From assembly GCA_002269645.1 (NCBI GenBank), contig NIVC01001066.1:1-64000 (forward strand): a DNA stretch of 64,000 nucleotides. The letters run 5' to 3'. A program made the position numbers and the translations under genes. This stretch comes from Macrostomum lignano (Eukaryota). A model generated the notes under the pieces. That model made no database searches, had not been told where the DNA came from, and saw only the letters and a list, made by a program, of their open reading frames with translations. Below are positions 13,596 through 28,204 of this stretch, piece after piece. The stretch's first letter is position 1, and the number at the start of each line of letters is the position of its first letter.

Positions 13596-14081
13596 CTGCA
13601 ATGCAATATGAAAATTAATAATAACAAATGCGAACTAAACAGCTATATAAGCCTACTAGAAGGAAATCAGGCAGGCCACACGCGGCTGAGAGAGAAGACA
13701 AATTGGCCAAACAGGCGGAACACTCGAGCGGGAGGGGGAGTTGCTTAGGAGAGCAGCGCTTATGGGCGGTAGACGGGGGGGGGGAAGAGAGAGAGCAGCA
13801 GCGGCATAAACCACCAGCGCCACCCTCCCCTGTGTACTCAAAGCTATTCGCTCCCCCCACACCATTCTCACTCACCTCCCGCCCCAGCTACTGGCAGCGG
13901 GCTGGGAGTCAGGAGGAGGGGGTGGCCGGCGGCCGGAGGTTAAACCAGCGGATTGGAATAGAAAGGAGAAAAAAGAATTGCGAAATAACAGTTGAGGGAA
14001 TTCCAGTTGGTGGGATTATTTCTTCTATCTATTCTCATCTCTCTATCTCTTGCTTGTATATATGCGCATCAGAAATGAGCT

Positions 14082-14264
<183 letters not shown>

Positions 14265-14440
14265 ATATCCGAGCACAAGCAGAGAGTGGACGAACTCGAA
14301 CTGAAGCTTCAATTTTCCAATTCTTCTTAGTGCATACCAGTACATATAGGGCAGGGGTCGACAAACTCCGACTCGCCAAGCCTATCTATCTGGCCCACGG
14401 GTCCTTTGGAACTTCAAAATAGCAATCCGACCCGACCCGT

Positions 14441-14610
14441 CAGGGGCGTCGCGGGGGCATGCGGGGGGACATGCCCCCCCTCCCAGTAAAGGCTATGAGG
14501 GGGCATGCCAATGCTTTGTCCCCCCACCCGTTTGGAAATCAATAATTTTGCTTCAGGGCAGCAATATATAGCTTCATCCCCGCACCATAAAATCCATGAC
14601 GACGCCACTG
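14441..14610. mobile_element. hAT-type MITE
   Basis: TIR CAGGGGCGTCG / CGACGCCACTG (1 mismatch). The flanks CGACCCGT and CGGTCCGC look like a decayed 8-bp TSD, differing only by transitions. Confidence 0.55.
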
Positions 14611-15389
14611 CGGTCCGCTCAAGTTTAGTGTCGCTTTTCAGCTCTTTTCTGTAATCTCCTTTCCTCTCTCTTTTCCTATCTCTTCTCTTTTCTATTCCAT
14701 CTCCTCTCTCCCCTCCTCTGGTCCGCAGTCATGCGCTAGATTCTCCACCTGCCCTGGAGATAAAGATTTTACCAACCCCTGATACAGGGCCAAAGGGCCT
14801 GTAATTCTAACCTTTGGCACCAATTTCTCTTTTGCGTAATTATATATAGCTCTATAATCCTTCGACAGCAAGGGAGATTTCCGTTTAACAAAGACTACTA
14901 GGATGACAGAGAGAGATCTGCGAATTTCTAATTCTATTCCAGACAAAAATCTAAGGAGAAATAATCCTACAGACAAGCACGCGCACGCAAAAGACAATTG
15001 TGTGGGCCAAGCGGGTTGGCAGCAATGAAACAATGAAAATATACTACTATAGAAATAGGGGGGATTATAACTATGACCTGATCCTGTTGTGCTACTACAA
15101 TAGTAGACCAGGAAAGCGACAAGCAACCGGAAATAACATTGGAAAAAGCTAATATCTATACATATACGCAGACTGACTGACTACTAGTAAGGCTTAGATT
15201 AGATTTCCCAGCTGTGCAAGAATTGCTCAAGCAATAACAGAATGCAAGCCAGTAAGACAACAGATCCCCCTCTTCAGCTCAAATCCGCCAATTTTGGTGT
15301 CTAACAGAAACAGAAAAACGGCGACTTAAGGCTGAACTCCTCTAGTATGATTAAAACCCAAAATCTTACTAGGGAAATCCGGTAATAGC

Positions 15390-16495
15390 CTACAGAAACG
15401 CATTTATTTCCCCTGGCCATAAACTACAGAAACGTATTTATTTCCCCTCGCCATAAACTACAGAAACGTATTTGTTTCCCCTCGCCATAAACTACAGAAA
15501 CGTATTTGTTTCCCCTGGCCATAAACTACAGAAACGTATTTGTTTCCCCTGGCCATAAACTACAGAAACGTATTTGTTTCCCCTGGCCATAAACTACAGA
15601 AACGCATTTGTTTGACCTGGCCATAGACTACAGAAATGTATTTGTTTGACCTGGCCATAGACTACAGAAACGCATTTGTTTGACCTGACCATAGACTACA
15701 GAAATGTATTTGTTTGACCTGGCCATAGACTACAGAAACGTATTTGTTTCCCCTGGCCATAAACTACAGAAACGCATTTGTTTGACCTGGCCATAGACTA
15801 CAGAAATGTATTTGTTTGACCTGGCCATAGACTACAGAAACGCATTTGTTTGACCTGACCATAGACTACAGAAATGTATTTGTTTGACCTGGCCATAGAC
15901 TACAGAAACGCATTTGTTTGACCTGACCATAGACTACAGAAGCGCATTTGTTTGACCTGGCCATAAACTACAGAAACGCATTTGTTTGACCTGGCTAAAG
16001 ACTACAGAAATGCATTTGTTTGACCTGGCCATAGACTACAGAAATGTATTTGTTTGACCTGGCCATAGACTACAGAAACGCATTTGTTTGACCTGGCTAT
16101 AGACTACAGAAACGCATTTGTTTGACCTGGTTATAGACTACAGAAGCGCATTTGTTTGACCTGGCCATAAACTACAGAAACGCATTTGTTTGACCTGGCT
16201 AAAGACTACAGAAATGCATTTGTTTGACCTGGCCATAGACTACAGAAATGTATTTGTTTGACCTGGCCATAGACTACAGAAACGCATTTGTTTGACCTGG
16301 CTATAGACTACAGAAACGCATTTGTTTGACCTGGTTATAGACTACAGAAGCGCATTTGTTTGACCTGGCCATAAACTACAGAAATGTATTTGTTTGACCT
16401 GGCCATAGACTACAGAAATGCATTTGTTTGACCTGGCCATAGACTACAGAAACGCATTTGTTTGACCTGACCATAGACTACAGAAACGCATTTGT
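15390..16495. repeat. 34-bp minisatellite (CTACAGAAACGCATTTGTTTGACCTGGCCATAGA), about 32 copies
   Basis: Direct reading. Confidence 0.95.
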
Positions 16496-17871
16496 AAGAC
16501 CCCCCAATGCGAAGGTGCGTTTTTTGGAGATTTCAGCCTCACTCCCACTCGGCCAACAGCTGCCGACGGAAACTGGCTGGCAGCCACCAGGAAAGCCTCA
16601 GTTCCCAGCCGTGTGGGCTCTCGAAATCTCCAACAAAAAACTGCAGCAGCAGCTCTCTCCCTCTCTTTTTCTCTCGTTCCCAAATCCCCAACTACCCAGC
16701 TTCTCTCTTGCGTTTACCCAACCTGCGCGCGCCCAGAAGCACAGTTGTTGGGAGAGGGGGAGAGGCGAATTAATCATGTATGAAATGTGATAGGGCCATT
16801 GATTTTTCCACCTCCTCTCCTCACTCGCGCACACCAGGTTGCGGACGCACGTGCCCAACTTTTATAGTTTCCCACTATATACACACAAGCCTACTGTTAA
16901 CACCTTAGCTTCAGTGGGTAATACTCGAGAACTTAAGCCACCATTAGCAAATAAGTGGCTGCATATTATGCACCGACTCACACTACCTTGGTAGAGGAGG
17001 ACAGTAAAGTACACTGCCGATCATGAAGTTGGGGGGAGAACCCGAACCCTAGACATACCAAATAAATGATTCGAACTTGGCGGAATAATCCGGGGCAAGA
17101 CTGCGATGTAACTGGGCGTGGTCAGCTGCTTCTCTTCCTACTCCTCTTCTTTTTCTATACCTGTTGATTAAGCAAGTCTATCGGGAAGAGTTTTCCACTC
17201 CCCTAACTAGACTGCTATATTCGCGCATATAATAATCTATAACCATAAATCAGTTAGACTTTAATATACGGGGTACGCTGGCACTTCTCCGGGACAGTTT
17301 AGCTAGCTTTTAGCTATTTTGCAGTTGGCACAGCTGTGCGAAATATTGCCTCTCCCCCACTGTACTGTAGCACTAGCAGTAGCTACCAATGTAGGAGCAG
17401 ACAGTGGAGCAATGAGGCAAGGCAAGGTACCCATGCCCACTATTTACTCTTTACTAATACATATATACATATCCTTTTTAAAAGTACTTTTCACTAAAAT
17501 CTATGCGCTCTGCAAGGGAAATACAATGTAAAATGATATTATTAACCAGTACGGATCATTTGGATACGACGTTGCATGCAGCGCACAGTTCCACTAGCAG
17601 TAGCAAGACTAAACAAATCGTTTCTTGGAAAAGTTTTAAAAGCTAAAATTTCTATTCCAAAGCATAAGTAGCTGAAATGAGATGTGCAGTAGTTGTCGAA
17701 TTCAGTAGTATGGATTTTTGCAGAATTTTATCTGTGAAAAAATAATCTTACTTTGCAGTTGACTTTAGGCAATCTAAGACCCTACTATCTTAATAGTCGA
17801 AACAATATTACAGTCGCGTACGTAGAACTCTTAATTGGAGGGGCCGACATTCAGTCAGCGTTTATATACTG

Positions 17872-19060
17872 TCTTGGTTGGCGCCCACGTCTCTTGTTGG
17901 CGCTCGTGTCTATTGGCTGGCGCTAGTGTCTTTTGGTTGGCGCCAGTCTCTTGGTGGGCGCCCCTATCTCTTGGTTGGCGCCCCTGTCTCTTGGTTGGCG
18001 CCCCTGTATCTTGGTTGGCGCCCCTGTCTCTTGGTTGGCGCCCCTTTCTCTTGGTTGGCGCCCCTTTCTCTTAGTTGGCGCCCCTGTCTCTTAGTTGGCG
18101 CCCCTGTCTCTTGGTTGGCGCCATTGTCTCTTGGTGGGCGCCCCTTTCTCTTGGTTGGCGCCCCTTTCTCTTAGTTGGCGCCCCTGTCTCTTAGTTGGCG
18201 CCCCTGTCTTTTGGTTGGCGCCAGTCTCTTGGTGGGCGCCCCTATCTCTTGGTTGGCGCCCCTGTCTCTTGGTTGGCGCCCCTGTCTCTTGGTTGGCGCC
18301 CCTTTCTCTTGGTTGGCGCCCCTTTCTCTTAGTTGGCGCCCCTGTCTCTTAGTTGGCGCCCCTGTCTCTTGGTTGGCGCCATTGTCTCTTGGTTGGCGCC
18401 CCTTTCTCTTGGTTGGCGCCCCTGTCTCTTAGTTGGCGCCCCTGTCTCTTAGTTGGCGCCCCTGTCTTTTGGTTGGCGCCAGTCTCTTGGTGGGCGCCCC
18501 TATCTCTTGGTTGGCGCCCCTGTCTCTTGGTTGGCGCCCCTTTCTCTTAGTTGGCGCCCCTGTCTCTTAGTTGGCGCCCCTGTCTCTTGGTTGGCGCCAT
18601 TGTCTCTTGGTGGGCGCCCCTTTCTCTTGGTTGGCGCCCCTTTCTCTTAGTTGGCGCCCCTGTCTCTTAGTTGGCGCCCCTGTCTTTTGGTTGGCGCCAG
18701 TCTCTTGGTGGGCGCCCCTATCTCTTGGTTGGCGCCCCTGTCTCTTGGTTGGCGCCCCTGTCTCTTGGTTGGCGCCATTGTCTCTTGGTTGGCGCCCCTT
18801 TCTCTTAGTTGGCGCCCCTGTCTCTTAGTTGGCGCCCCTGTCTCTTGGTTGGCGCCATTGTCTCTTGGTTGGCGCCCCTTTCTCTTGGTTGGCGCCCCTT
18901 TCTCTTAGTTGGCGCCCCTGTCTCTTAGTTGGCGCCCCTGTCTCTTAGTTGGCGCCCCTGTTTCTTGGTTGGCGCCATTGTCTCTTGGTTGGCGCCCCTG
19001 TCTCTTAGTTAGCGCCCCTGTCTCGTAGTTGGCGCCAATGTCTGTTAGTTGGCGCCTCTA
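17872..19060. repeat. 20-bp minisatellite (TTGGTTGGCGCCCCTGTCTC) with irregular higher-order blocks
   Basis: The marker unit GCCAGTCTCTTGGTGGGCGCCCCTATC recurs near 17942, 18220, 18478 and 18696. Confidence 0.95.
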
Positions 19061-20269
19061 CCCCTCTCCCCTAGGCCGGAAGATGCCACGTCCAAGGGCT
19101 GGCAAAAATTGAGCTTCAGTCATTCGTCGAGCTTGATTGCCTCTTTTTCATTTAGTCTTTGCAGGAGGCGCAATTGTCATGGTTGGGCGATTATTTTCGT
19201 GGGGGCGATTGGGGGATCTCGGTAACCCTGGCCTTCCCCCTCTGCGTACCGTACGCCACTGTCAAACATTTTCCACGATACATTACGCGATTATTAACCA
19301 GTCTGCTGTCTAGCGGGCTCTGGGTGAAACAAGAGAAAATATGGATGACTTGGCACAGATACAGATATCGATCAATCAAAACTTTGCGCATAAAAAATGG
19401 ATAAATGGCGCACAGATTAAGTCTCGGACACAGACAGCGGTGTACACGACAGAAAGAAAATTTTCTAGGTCAACTCGCCGCTCTCGGTGCTTGGTGAGGT
19501 TTGGGCCGTGGGACAGCGGACACAAATCCATAAATATGTTTGCATTGCGACATGCCATCGTAGCAATACAATTCTAATACAACAGATCAGCTCTATATTG
19601 GGCCAGCCAGCGATCTAGATAGAAGATTGCAATTTTATATAGAAACAGACTGAACACAGGGGCGCGCGCTCACCTGGCAATACTGTAATCAGGGTTTAGT
19701 ATCGGAATTGGTTGGCAAACTCCACAGTCAGCTATAGCTGGCATTGAACCAGCCAGTCCATAACAGCATAGATAGCAACGGACAGGGGGATGTATATATA
19801 CAACTAAAATAGAAATTTCTAGAGTCGCTGGAAATAATTGGTTACACCGAAAATGCCTATAATATAAATAATAAACAGCTAGTATTAACAAAATGCGGCG
19901 CGGAAATGCCTTAGATAAAGGCAGCAAGAAATCGGCATGCCGGCTAGCTGGGATGGCGTGGGTTAGCAAAGCTTCACCTTTAACATTAGAGGAGGCCTTC
20001 AAAAATTTTTGTTTACGATTGAAAGACCCGGCAACGACTGCAGGCTCGCTGATATTCATTCAAACGCCTTAGACTGGGAATGCAAACAGGTGCGGCTGCA
20101 CAGGACAGCCGGGGCGCGCGCGCTTCTTGTTAGGCCGAGAAAGTCAATCGGTTTCCTTTTCTTACGCGAAGACAGAATATGGGACGGCACTGCCACGGAG
20201 AATTAGGGACAGGGGAATGGAAGAGCATAAATCAGAGAAAGGTCTGAGAATACAGGGGCGGTGGGCGAG

Positions 20270-20610
20270 AGAAAAAGGGGACAGGGAAGGGGGGAAGAGG
20301 AGAGTAGAGGGTGAGACAGGTGAGAGGAGAGATGGAAGACAAAACAGGGAGGGGAGAGGAGAGGGAGAGGAGAGGGAGAGGAGAGAGAGAAGAGGAGAGG
20401 GAGAGGAGAGGGAGAGGAGAGGGAGAAGAGGAGAGGGAGAGGAGAGGGAGATGAGAGGGAGAGGAGAGGGAGAAGAGGATAGAGAGGGGAAAGAGAGGAG
20501 AGAGAGAAAAGGAGAGGAAGAGGAGAGGGAGAAGAGGAAAGGGATAGAAGAGGGAGAAGAGGGAGAAGAGGAAAGGGAGAGGAGAGGGAGAAGAGGAAAG
20601 GGAGAGGAGG
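20270..20610. repeat. Polypurine (GGAGA-like) tract; similar tracts at about 25480-25640 and 32290-32450
   Basis: Direct reading. Confidence 0.85.
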
Positions 20611-21460
20611 ATAGGCAGCTCTTCCTACAGATTAGGTTTTCTGGGCTCCGAGCCAATAAAAGTTCAATTACAAAAGCCATCAATAGGACTACAGTTGCTT
20701 TTGCTCCACCCTAAAAATCAAGACTATCGAATTCTTTCCCTCCCTCTTTCCCAGCGGCCTGCATAGTTACCATCGGTTACTATGGTAGCATCAATAATGA
20801 TTAAGGAATTAACTCCATTCATGACAACAGACGTTATGGTCACCCTCTTTTTTTTCAAAAAATGAATTATTTCTTCTACTCCCCTATTTTTATTCTGAGT
20901 TGCATTAAAATTAGCATTAATATAAAGCCTAGGCTTTTAGATAAAGCAAATGGTTGCATACTAAAACACACGACAACGGGAAGCTACTCCTGCTTTACTA
21001 GCTGGCACCTATACTTGTAGCTGATCAGATAAACAAGGTATAAACACAGCAACACACTTGGCAGGTAGGTAAGCAGGGTTAGTTAGCTATTGACTAGTGA
21101 AAGGTGGGCGTTAACACAGCCAGTTGACTGCAGCACCGTCTGCACCGACCAAGAGCAATGGCTGGGGGGGGGGGCAGTTTTGTGCGCGCGCGCGCGGTTG
21201 GTTTTTACACTCAATTAACCTGCAGTGCCACGGGCAAGCTAAAGCTGCCAGCAGCAGCCAAGCAGGAGTTCTCTTTTGTTAAAAATTTGTATGACTAGAG
21301 AAAATTTTGAAACAAAAGAGAGACAAATTCACCAAAACCTTGGAGCAGCTTGCATAGTTGAGTGCTAATTACTGGCTAAACTGTTCCAATATCGTATTCA
21401 GCAGTGAGACATGGGCACATTTTTAAGTAATAGAGGACCTATTAGTAAGTAGTTAGTTTG

Positions 21461-21620
21461 CAGGGGGTTTACAGTGGTCCTTGATTTTCCAATCTTCAGG
21501 CATGTACACTCACTGTGGCCTTGGGGAATTGGCCCTCATGAGTGTGAAATGAGCGTGAAGACAACCAACCACCTGGTCAGTTTTCGTGCCCACAAGGCCA
21601 AATGCAAAAAGAACTCGGGC
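21461..21620 (-). mobile_element. SINE family A fragment
   Basis: The reverse complement reads TGAGGGCCAATTCCCCAAGGCCACAGTGAGTGTACATGCCTGAAGATT. Confidence 0.55.
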
Positions 21621-23260
21621 TACTTTGGCGCGAGTCGGAAGAGCTGGTCCGACATTCTAGAATCCAGAATCTAGAGGAGATGGAGATGCTCAACGCTTCA
21701 CTAATAAGTTTCCACTCTCTCCTCACCAGCCTTGTGACGCAAATTGCATCGCCCACAGTACTTTAACATGCTGTCGAGTGTACGAGTGCAATGTACTCAT
21801 TGGCTCATGCAGACAGAAATAAGCTAATTGCAATAGCTTATCTATATAGCTCGTACACCGATCGCAATTTAGCTGTTAGCAATTCAGACTCATAAGTCAT
21901 AGGAGGATTTAGTATAACAGATTGGCCTTCATCAGCCTCATCCAGCATCCATTAGCGCCTAACAACTAAATAGAATGCGTCGGGGTGCTAAAAATAAACA
22001 ACTATACACAGCCTCTTTGATGATGAAAAGTCAGATTTATTATTATAAGTAGGACCAGCCAGCTAGATTTCTCAACTTCTTAGAGAGCTTTCATTCAGTT
22101 GCAGAATAATGCATGCATTTTACAACTAAGCAAGTAAGTGAGGCTTACAATAGTGACTAAGAGACCACTCCTTACCTAAAAGAGTGAATGAGGCTCTAGC
22201 GCCAATTAACTTGCAACCGTGTGTGTATAATGCACAATACAATAAAGGGTCTTGAAATTGGCAACAAGAGAGCAGAAACGGGGTGGAGAAAGCCTGCTGT
22301 TATTCACCAGTCGTGCGTGCCTACAAGCGTGGGAAAGATTCTGCTGCCAAGCGGAATCTACTGCAATACAGCAGTGCTATAAGGTAAAAAAACAGCGCCC
22401 GGCTCAGGGATCTTACCAATAAATAAGATGATGACTTCTACAAGTCAAAACTTGCAATAGAAATTTCTTCAGGTAATTAGTCGAAATTTTCTTATTTTAA
22501 TAATAAATATAATTTTGTGTCGCAGTGTCGGTTGCGCCAAGCACTAATAAAAGAGAAGGGGTGTAAGAGACAGAAAAAAGAAAAGATGAAACTGGCTGGG
22601 GTAAGAAAGAGGGAAGGCCAAGGTCCAGTCAGGGGAGGAGAGCAAAATTTATAATAGCTAAGTCGGTTGGAGCCGTAGCCCGCGGGGAAGAGTCTTCTTC
22701 TTAGCTAGCCTTTAGGACTGGGGAGGAAGGGAGAATCAAAAGGGAAAGGGATCACCGGGTTGGAAGGCAAGGGAAGGAGGGTAAACACCAAGCGACGATT
22801 GGAGAGAGAGACTGGGCGCCTCGTCTTTCAGGGCTGCCAGCCTAGCCTCCTTCGGAAAAGTCGGAAAATGATGCTGGAGGCTGGGGAGGCTGGAGGGCAT
22901 CTTCGGTTCGCCCCATCATCTCTTTCCCTAGCAAGCAAAGCGAGGTTGCCTATTGCCACTTCACACACTTGCTGGAGCCTCCACCGTTGGGGGCAGAAGA
23001 CAGACGCAGTTGGGCTATTAAAATTATGGTAATAAATTACCAGGCATTTTATTATTATTGAGATTGATTAGTTTCCTTCTTGCATTATTGAAAGGTAAGA
23101 ATAAGAAACGCCCAGACAAAAATTATTACTTAAAAGTGCAGCCTTCACGAGCTGCACTAATTATAGCATTTTCCACAAACTAACTGAGCCTACGTCCGTC
23201 TACGAGCAGATATTTCAATCCCTAGATTGAAAACTCCTGCGGACCGGCTGCAGCGTGAAA

Positions 23261-23393
23261 ATCCCGGGGTTAAGACCATAGACTATAGCTTCTGCTGCTC
23301 TCAAGTATTAGCAGCAAGGAGTTCTATATTAGCTAATTTTAGAATTCCTTGATTAGCAGCAGCAGCCAGTGTCTATAGCCCTAACCCCGGGAT
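23261..23393. mobile_element. Small foldback/MITE-like element
   Basis: 23-bp imperfect inverted ends (ATCCCGGGGTTAAGACCATAGAC / GTCTATAGCCCTAACCCCGGGAT, 20/23). No clear TSD. Confidence 0.35.
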
Positions 23394-23792
23394 CTTTGGA
23401 GCCTCGGAGACGGCGCCGCTAAATACATTCTCCAAATTGGCTGCCCACAGACTCCCGGTTGAGCCATAGACAATATGAACAATTTTTCAATAGCCTGGTT
23501 CCTTCGCTAAGGATTAGAATGCTTGCTTCCATGTTCGAAAATGCTAAAGTAGGTACGTAAGGTCGTATGAATATAATGAGAATTATGAGGAACATAATTA
23601 TTATAATTGAGAAGTCTGTCATAAACAAACAGATCTATTTTACATACGCATGCAACTATTAAAGTAAATTAAATTAAGTTGAAAAAGCCCCATCTGATTA
23701 TTCAAATAACGACCTTCTCAAAGTTTTAAAGTTATTAATATTCATACGGCCATTGTTGCATTAAAACACAATTATTTAACAGAAATTCTTAC

Positions 23793-23900
23793 CAACGGAT
23801 GGTTGCGACCGTTACTACTATTATTATTATTCTTATTATTATAGCTAATGTACGATCCGGGCAGAGTTGGCGGCACAAGAATTGGCTGGGCTACTGACGG
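23793..23900 (-). CDS. Same gene, exon (PSVAQPILVPP...NNKNNNNSSNGRNHPL)
   Basis: ccgcag| acceptor and TTG|gtaaga donor, 108 nt, phase 0-0, open frame. Too short for the ORF track. Confidence 0.55.
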
Positions 23901-24727
23901 CTGCGGCAGATGGCAAATCTCAGTGGCCATATATGTATATATAAGGTAAGGTATTAAGATACGCCTAGAACGGTTTGTGGTGCTCCGGATTGGATTTGTC
24001 CAATAAATTAAGGCCTTGCTTGCCTCTGCGCCAGTTAAACTAGAGTCAGATAGCTTATCCTTAGCTTAGTGGTTGGCTGCGCGGGGAAGCTGCTCCTGAG
24101 CTATAATAATAACAATAATATCAATATATTAAGCTTACTATTTTAGGGGACTTGTGCGCTGAACTTGGCTCCGACTTGAACGCGAACTTGCCGAATAGTA
24201 AGTATTATTTATATGTATCTTATATCGCAATTGAGGTTTATATTTGAGGCCTCCAGTCAGTCTTTGAAACCGAATATAGTATCATATACAAGTCTTGGCG
24301 CTGTACGCGGGGCCAGGGAATTCCGCAGCCAGCCCCCCTCCTACCCAGTTTACGACACGGGATGACGAAGCGACAAACAAGCGATGACTGTACAGGGGGG
24401 GATAGAGCAGCGTGTGAGTCACGTTGAGGGCCAAGCAAAGTTTAGGGGGGACTGAATCACCCCACAGCAACGCACAGCCGCTCTCTCCGTCTCTGCCGCT
24501 CTCTCATTGGCTGGCAAAATAGGGTATTTTTAAACATGAAAAGCCATTTATTTTTTCGAATTGTTCGGATTGGCAAAAACTGTGTATGCCGCCGGCTTGC
24601 AAATGCAAAAAACACTGATAATAACACGGTCTATACCGGCATAGCGGTAATGAACTTTTTTAACTGATAGATTGATTGCATTATCGGGTTTCGAGATTAT
24701 ATGTGGTCAGTTTATGGCGTCTGCACT

Positions 24728-24905
24728 TGGCCAAGTGTGACACAAGACTAATAGCTCTGATGTGCCAGCGGCCCAGGCTCGATTCCAAGTGCAGTCACAT
24801 TATTTTTGGGACTAAATTGGAATCACAGCTTGGCTCTGCTCGTGCAATTAACGCCCTTGAGGGCCAACCCCCAAGGCACAGTGAAGTGTACATGCTCAGA
24901 AATGT
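24728..24905 (+). mobile_element. SINE family A copy
   Basis: A-box TGGCCAAGTG and B-box GGCTCGATTCC. The body GGCTCTGCTCGTGCAATTAACGCCCTT..GGGCCAACCC is shared with 29745. Confidence 0.65.
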
Positions 24906-26359
24906 AAAGGGTAGGATAGAGATGTCGATTATTTTATTTTGCTTTTTTGACTGATGCCAGCTAGCATCCTGAATTTCCAGCCAGAATGTCAACTGTGATC
25001 GCAACTGCGATTCTGAGGCTTAAACAAAATCGAGATGTCATTTTGTGCAACACAAGCAAGCTCTACGCTCGTATGTCTAAACTAAAATGTCAACTCGGCA
25101 AAGTCTAAAATAGTCTAGAATCGGTGAAGGAATGAAAATCTTCCTAGTGTGGCAACAAATTTTGAAACTCCTGTTTGAAGCTATAGTTAAAGTCGTTGTC
25201 TGAAAATGCTGGATGGAGGTTATTGGGAGGGAGCTAGATGAACACAAAGGAAACTTGCTAGGAACAAAGACCCACAAAATCAAGACTGACTGTTGAATAG
25301 GAAGATGTGGCTCGAGATGATGGTTGGGGAATTGGAAATATCCCCAATAGCCAGGTAAGCTTCTTTGTTCTCTTCGCTCACCGGGAAACGGCACTGGCTT
25401 GACCTGCCCACCAGCCCAAAGCGAAATACAGCCCTCAGTGCGATAGCACATGAATTCCAACAGAATATGATTCGTGTCTCTTCTCTTCTGTTCTCTCCCC
25501 TCTGCTCTCCTCTCTCCCTTCTTCTCTTCTCTCCCCTCGTGACTCCTCTCTTCTCTCTTCTTTCCTCTCTTCTTCCGCTCTTCTCTTCTCTACCCTCTTG
25601 GCTCTTCTACTCTCTCATCTCCACTCATCTCTCCTTTCACCTATCCTCATCTCTTCTATCATACCAATATCTAATTTAATTTTATCACTTCTCTCCTCTC
25701 TTCCAAGTTCGCACCTCCCTCCCCTCTATTCCATCTTCTTTCCTCTTCTCATATGTCCTGCAGGCATGAGCTAGATTCTTTATCTGAACTATGGGATAGA
25801 AATATTTGCCGACCCCTGTTATAGACAGAGGCAGGGACTTCTCTATATAGCATCTATATAGTTAGCTAGAGGTAACTAACGAGAGCATGTGGTGCTCCGA
25901 AGGGGAGCAGATGGAACATCTTTCAACCCCATACCAAAGCAACTTTTTCTGGGATAAAAAAGCTGGAATTAGAAACTTCAGACAGAGCGGGGGAGGGAAT
26001 TCGAAGACGCGAACACGAACGAAGCCAGAAGGCCAGAAGGCCAAAGGTAGGACACTTAGATTAAACAGATATGACGAGAGCTAGCAGACAGACAGCTCAG
26101 GTGACCTTCTGTTAATCAACACTACCTGGGTTGGCATAGGTTGGCATAAGCTTATGATAAAGCAGGTGCGACCACAGTAAAAAGTAAAAATCGATATTGA
26201 CTGACTGCCGCACAGGTGTCGGCCCGAATCCCGAAGCACGACTAAAACATTTTTTACTGCTAAGTCTTTGCTAAATGCCAGATGCCCAGATAAGGCAACC
26301 AAAAATAAGTCATAGCTGGTATGTACTGTATATAAAGCTATGGGAGTTGTTATAGTTGA

Positions 26360-26790
26360 GATTGCTAGTCTAGCCTAATGAATATAATAGATTGCTAGTC
26401 TAGCCTAATGAATATAATGGATTGCTAGTCTAGCCTAATGAATATAATGGATTGCTAGTCTAGCCTAATGAATATAATAGATTGCTAGTCTAGCCTAATG
26501 AATATAATGGATTGCTAGTCTAGCCTAATGAATATAATGGATTGCTAGTCTAGCCTAATGAATATAATGGATTGCTAGTCTAACCTAATGAATATAATGG
26601 ATTGCTAGTCTAGCCTAATGAATATAATGGATTGCTAGTCTAGCCTAATGAATATAATGGATTGCTAGTCTAGCCTAATGAATATAATGGATTGCTAGTC
26701 TAGCCTAATGAATATAATGGATTGCTAGTCTAGCCTAATGAATATAATGGATTGCTAGTCTAACCTAATGAATATAATGGATTGCTAGAC
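26360..26790. repeat. 30-bp minisatellite (GATTGCTAGTCTAGCCTAATGAATATAATG), about 14 copies
   Basis: Direct reading. Confidence 0.95.
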
Positions 26791-27723
26791 TAGTCCAAAA
26801 CTATGGTACAAGTACAACTATACCTAAACATAGTATAGCCTAGTCTGTTGCTTGGTACCGCAAGCGTTGAAGCCAAGAGAGAGCGGGAGAGACAGGGGAA
26901 CTTATACATAGGGTAGAAGAGATGAAGCATCTAGAGCAAGCAACGGGAAAATTTGCAGCAATAAGAGAGAAGAGGAACTATAAGGGAAGGCTACATTTGG
27001 CTGTCTTCCTGAACTCGCCCACTCCCTCTCTCGTCTTCCCTCAACTTGGGATGCCAATTTCCCCCCAAATCTCTCGGCCCACTCAAGGAAGCCTAAGGAC
27101 GAAGGACTTAAAAGGCAAATGAAAAGACTCTGCTTCAGCAGCCTTTGGGGGGGAGACGAGAGCAATATAGGAAAAGGAGTGGGATAAGTCAATACAAAAC
27201 CGCCGTTGCTTCGCCTCCCCATATCCCAATCTTCGCCTATTCATTTCTCCACAGAAAGCACTGAGGCGCACTTTCTATATAATAATATAAAAAAGGATTT
27301 TTCATTTCCCTAACCCCCTGTCCGACTAGGTGTAGCAGACCGTTAATTGTATTACTAACTGCGAAATTGTTGGCCTACTGCCAGTCAGACGGTCGGCACA
27401 AAAACGATTACTGTACCAGCTGTACCAGCCTGTGTCTTCACCTACGCGACCTCTCTCTCCTTTTCCTATTCTCTTTTTCGTCTCCAAATGTCAGTGTTTT
27501 TTTTACGTAGCTGCGCGTGTCGCATCTTTTTTCTAATTTTCTAATGTAAATAAACGATATGCTCTACTAATAAGTAGAATGTAAAATGCCGGCTCCACCT
27601 ACCTCGGCCCAAACCCGGATCTTTCTCTCTGACGTTTTCAGGCCTGAGAATTTGCGTGAATCATGCGAGATACAGACATACAGACAAGCAGACACAGACA
27701 GACAGACGCAAAGAGACCCTGAC

Positions 27724-27942
27724 CTGCTGGTTAGGCCTATTGAACCGGCCACTGCCGCCATAGCCGTTAGGAACGAACTGCCTGCCGTACTGCTGCTGCT
27801 GCTGCTGCTTGCCGTAGAAGCCGCCATCGCCGCCGCCGCCGCCGCCATAGTTGTTGCTGTCGCGCCAGTTGCCGCCGCCGCCGCCGCGTGGCATTTGCTG
27901 CTGACCGCCCGGGTGGTAACCGGCGAATGGACCAAATCGCTT
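27724..27942 (-). CDS. Same gene, G/Y/Q/N-rich prion-like exon (KRFGPFAGY...RFNRPNQQ)
   Basis: 219 nt, phase 0-0, strongly biased GGC/CAG/AAC/TAC codons, donor CAG|gtcagg. The acceptor is AAG after a pyrimidine tract. Confidence 0.7.
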
Positions 27943-28204
27943 CTTTGATGGTGAGAGACAGAAATTGGAGAAAATCATCTTTGGAGTTTCGTTATTTACG
28001 AGCAAAGAACAAAAATGATTCTGCATCGCTTTAGAGTTGAGTTTTTTAAACAAGGGCAATACAAATCAACAGATAGCAAACTACATGTATTTGTAGCCTT
28101 TATTCAAAACAGAAATGATAAAATAACACAAAACAGTCCGATTTTCTGTGTGCGAGCGATGGCAGATAGTCAGGCAGACGGACAGACGGACCTCCCTGGC
28201 GCGA

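Noticed and set aside
13876-13901. 26-nt minus-strand microexon with strong splice signals
   Set aside because: No phase fits the next phase-0 exon without a stop; left unassigned.
17059-17160. Candidate minus-strand exon YRKRRGVG...FESFI (and similar candidates near 19674, 14335-14410 and 5512)
   Set aside because: Splice sites are plausible, but I could not build a frame-consistent chain; needs RNA data.
23845-23945. Plus-strand exon (ag|CTAATGTAC...AAG|gtaagg)
   Set aside because: No partner exons. The minus-strand reading fits the surrounding gene's phase and composition better.
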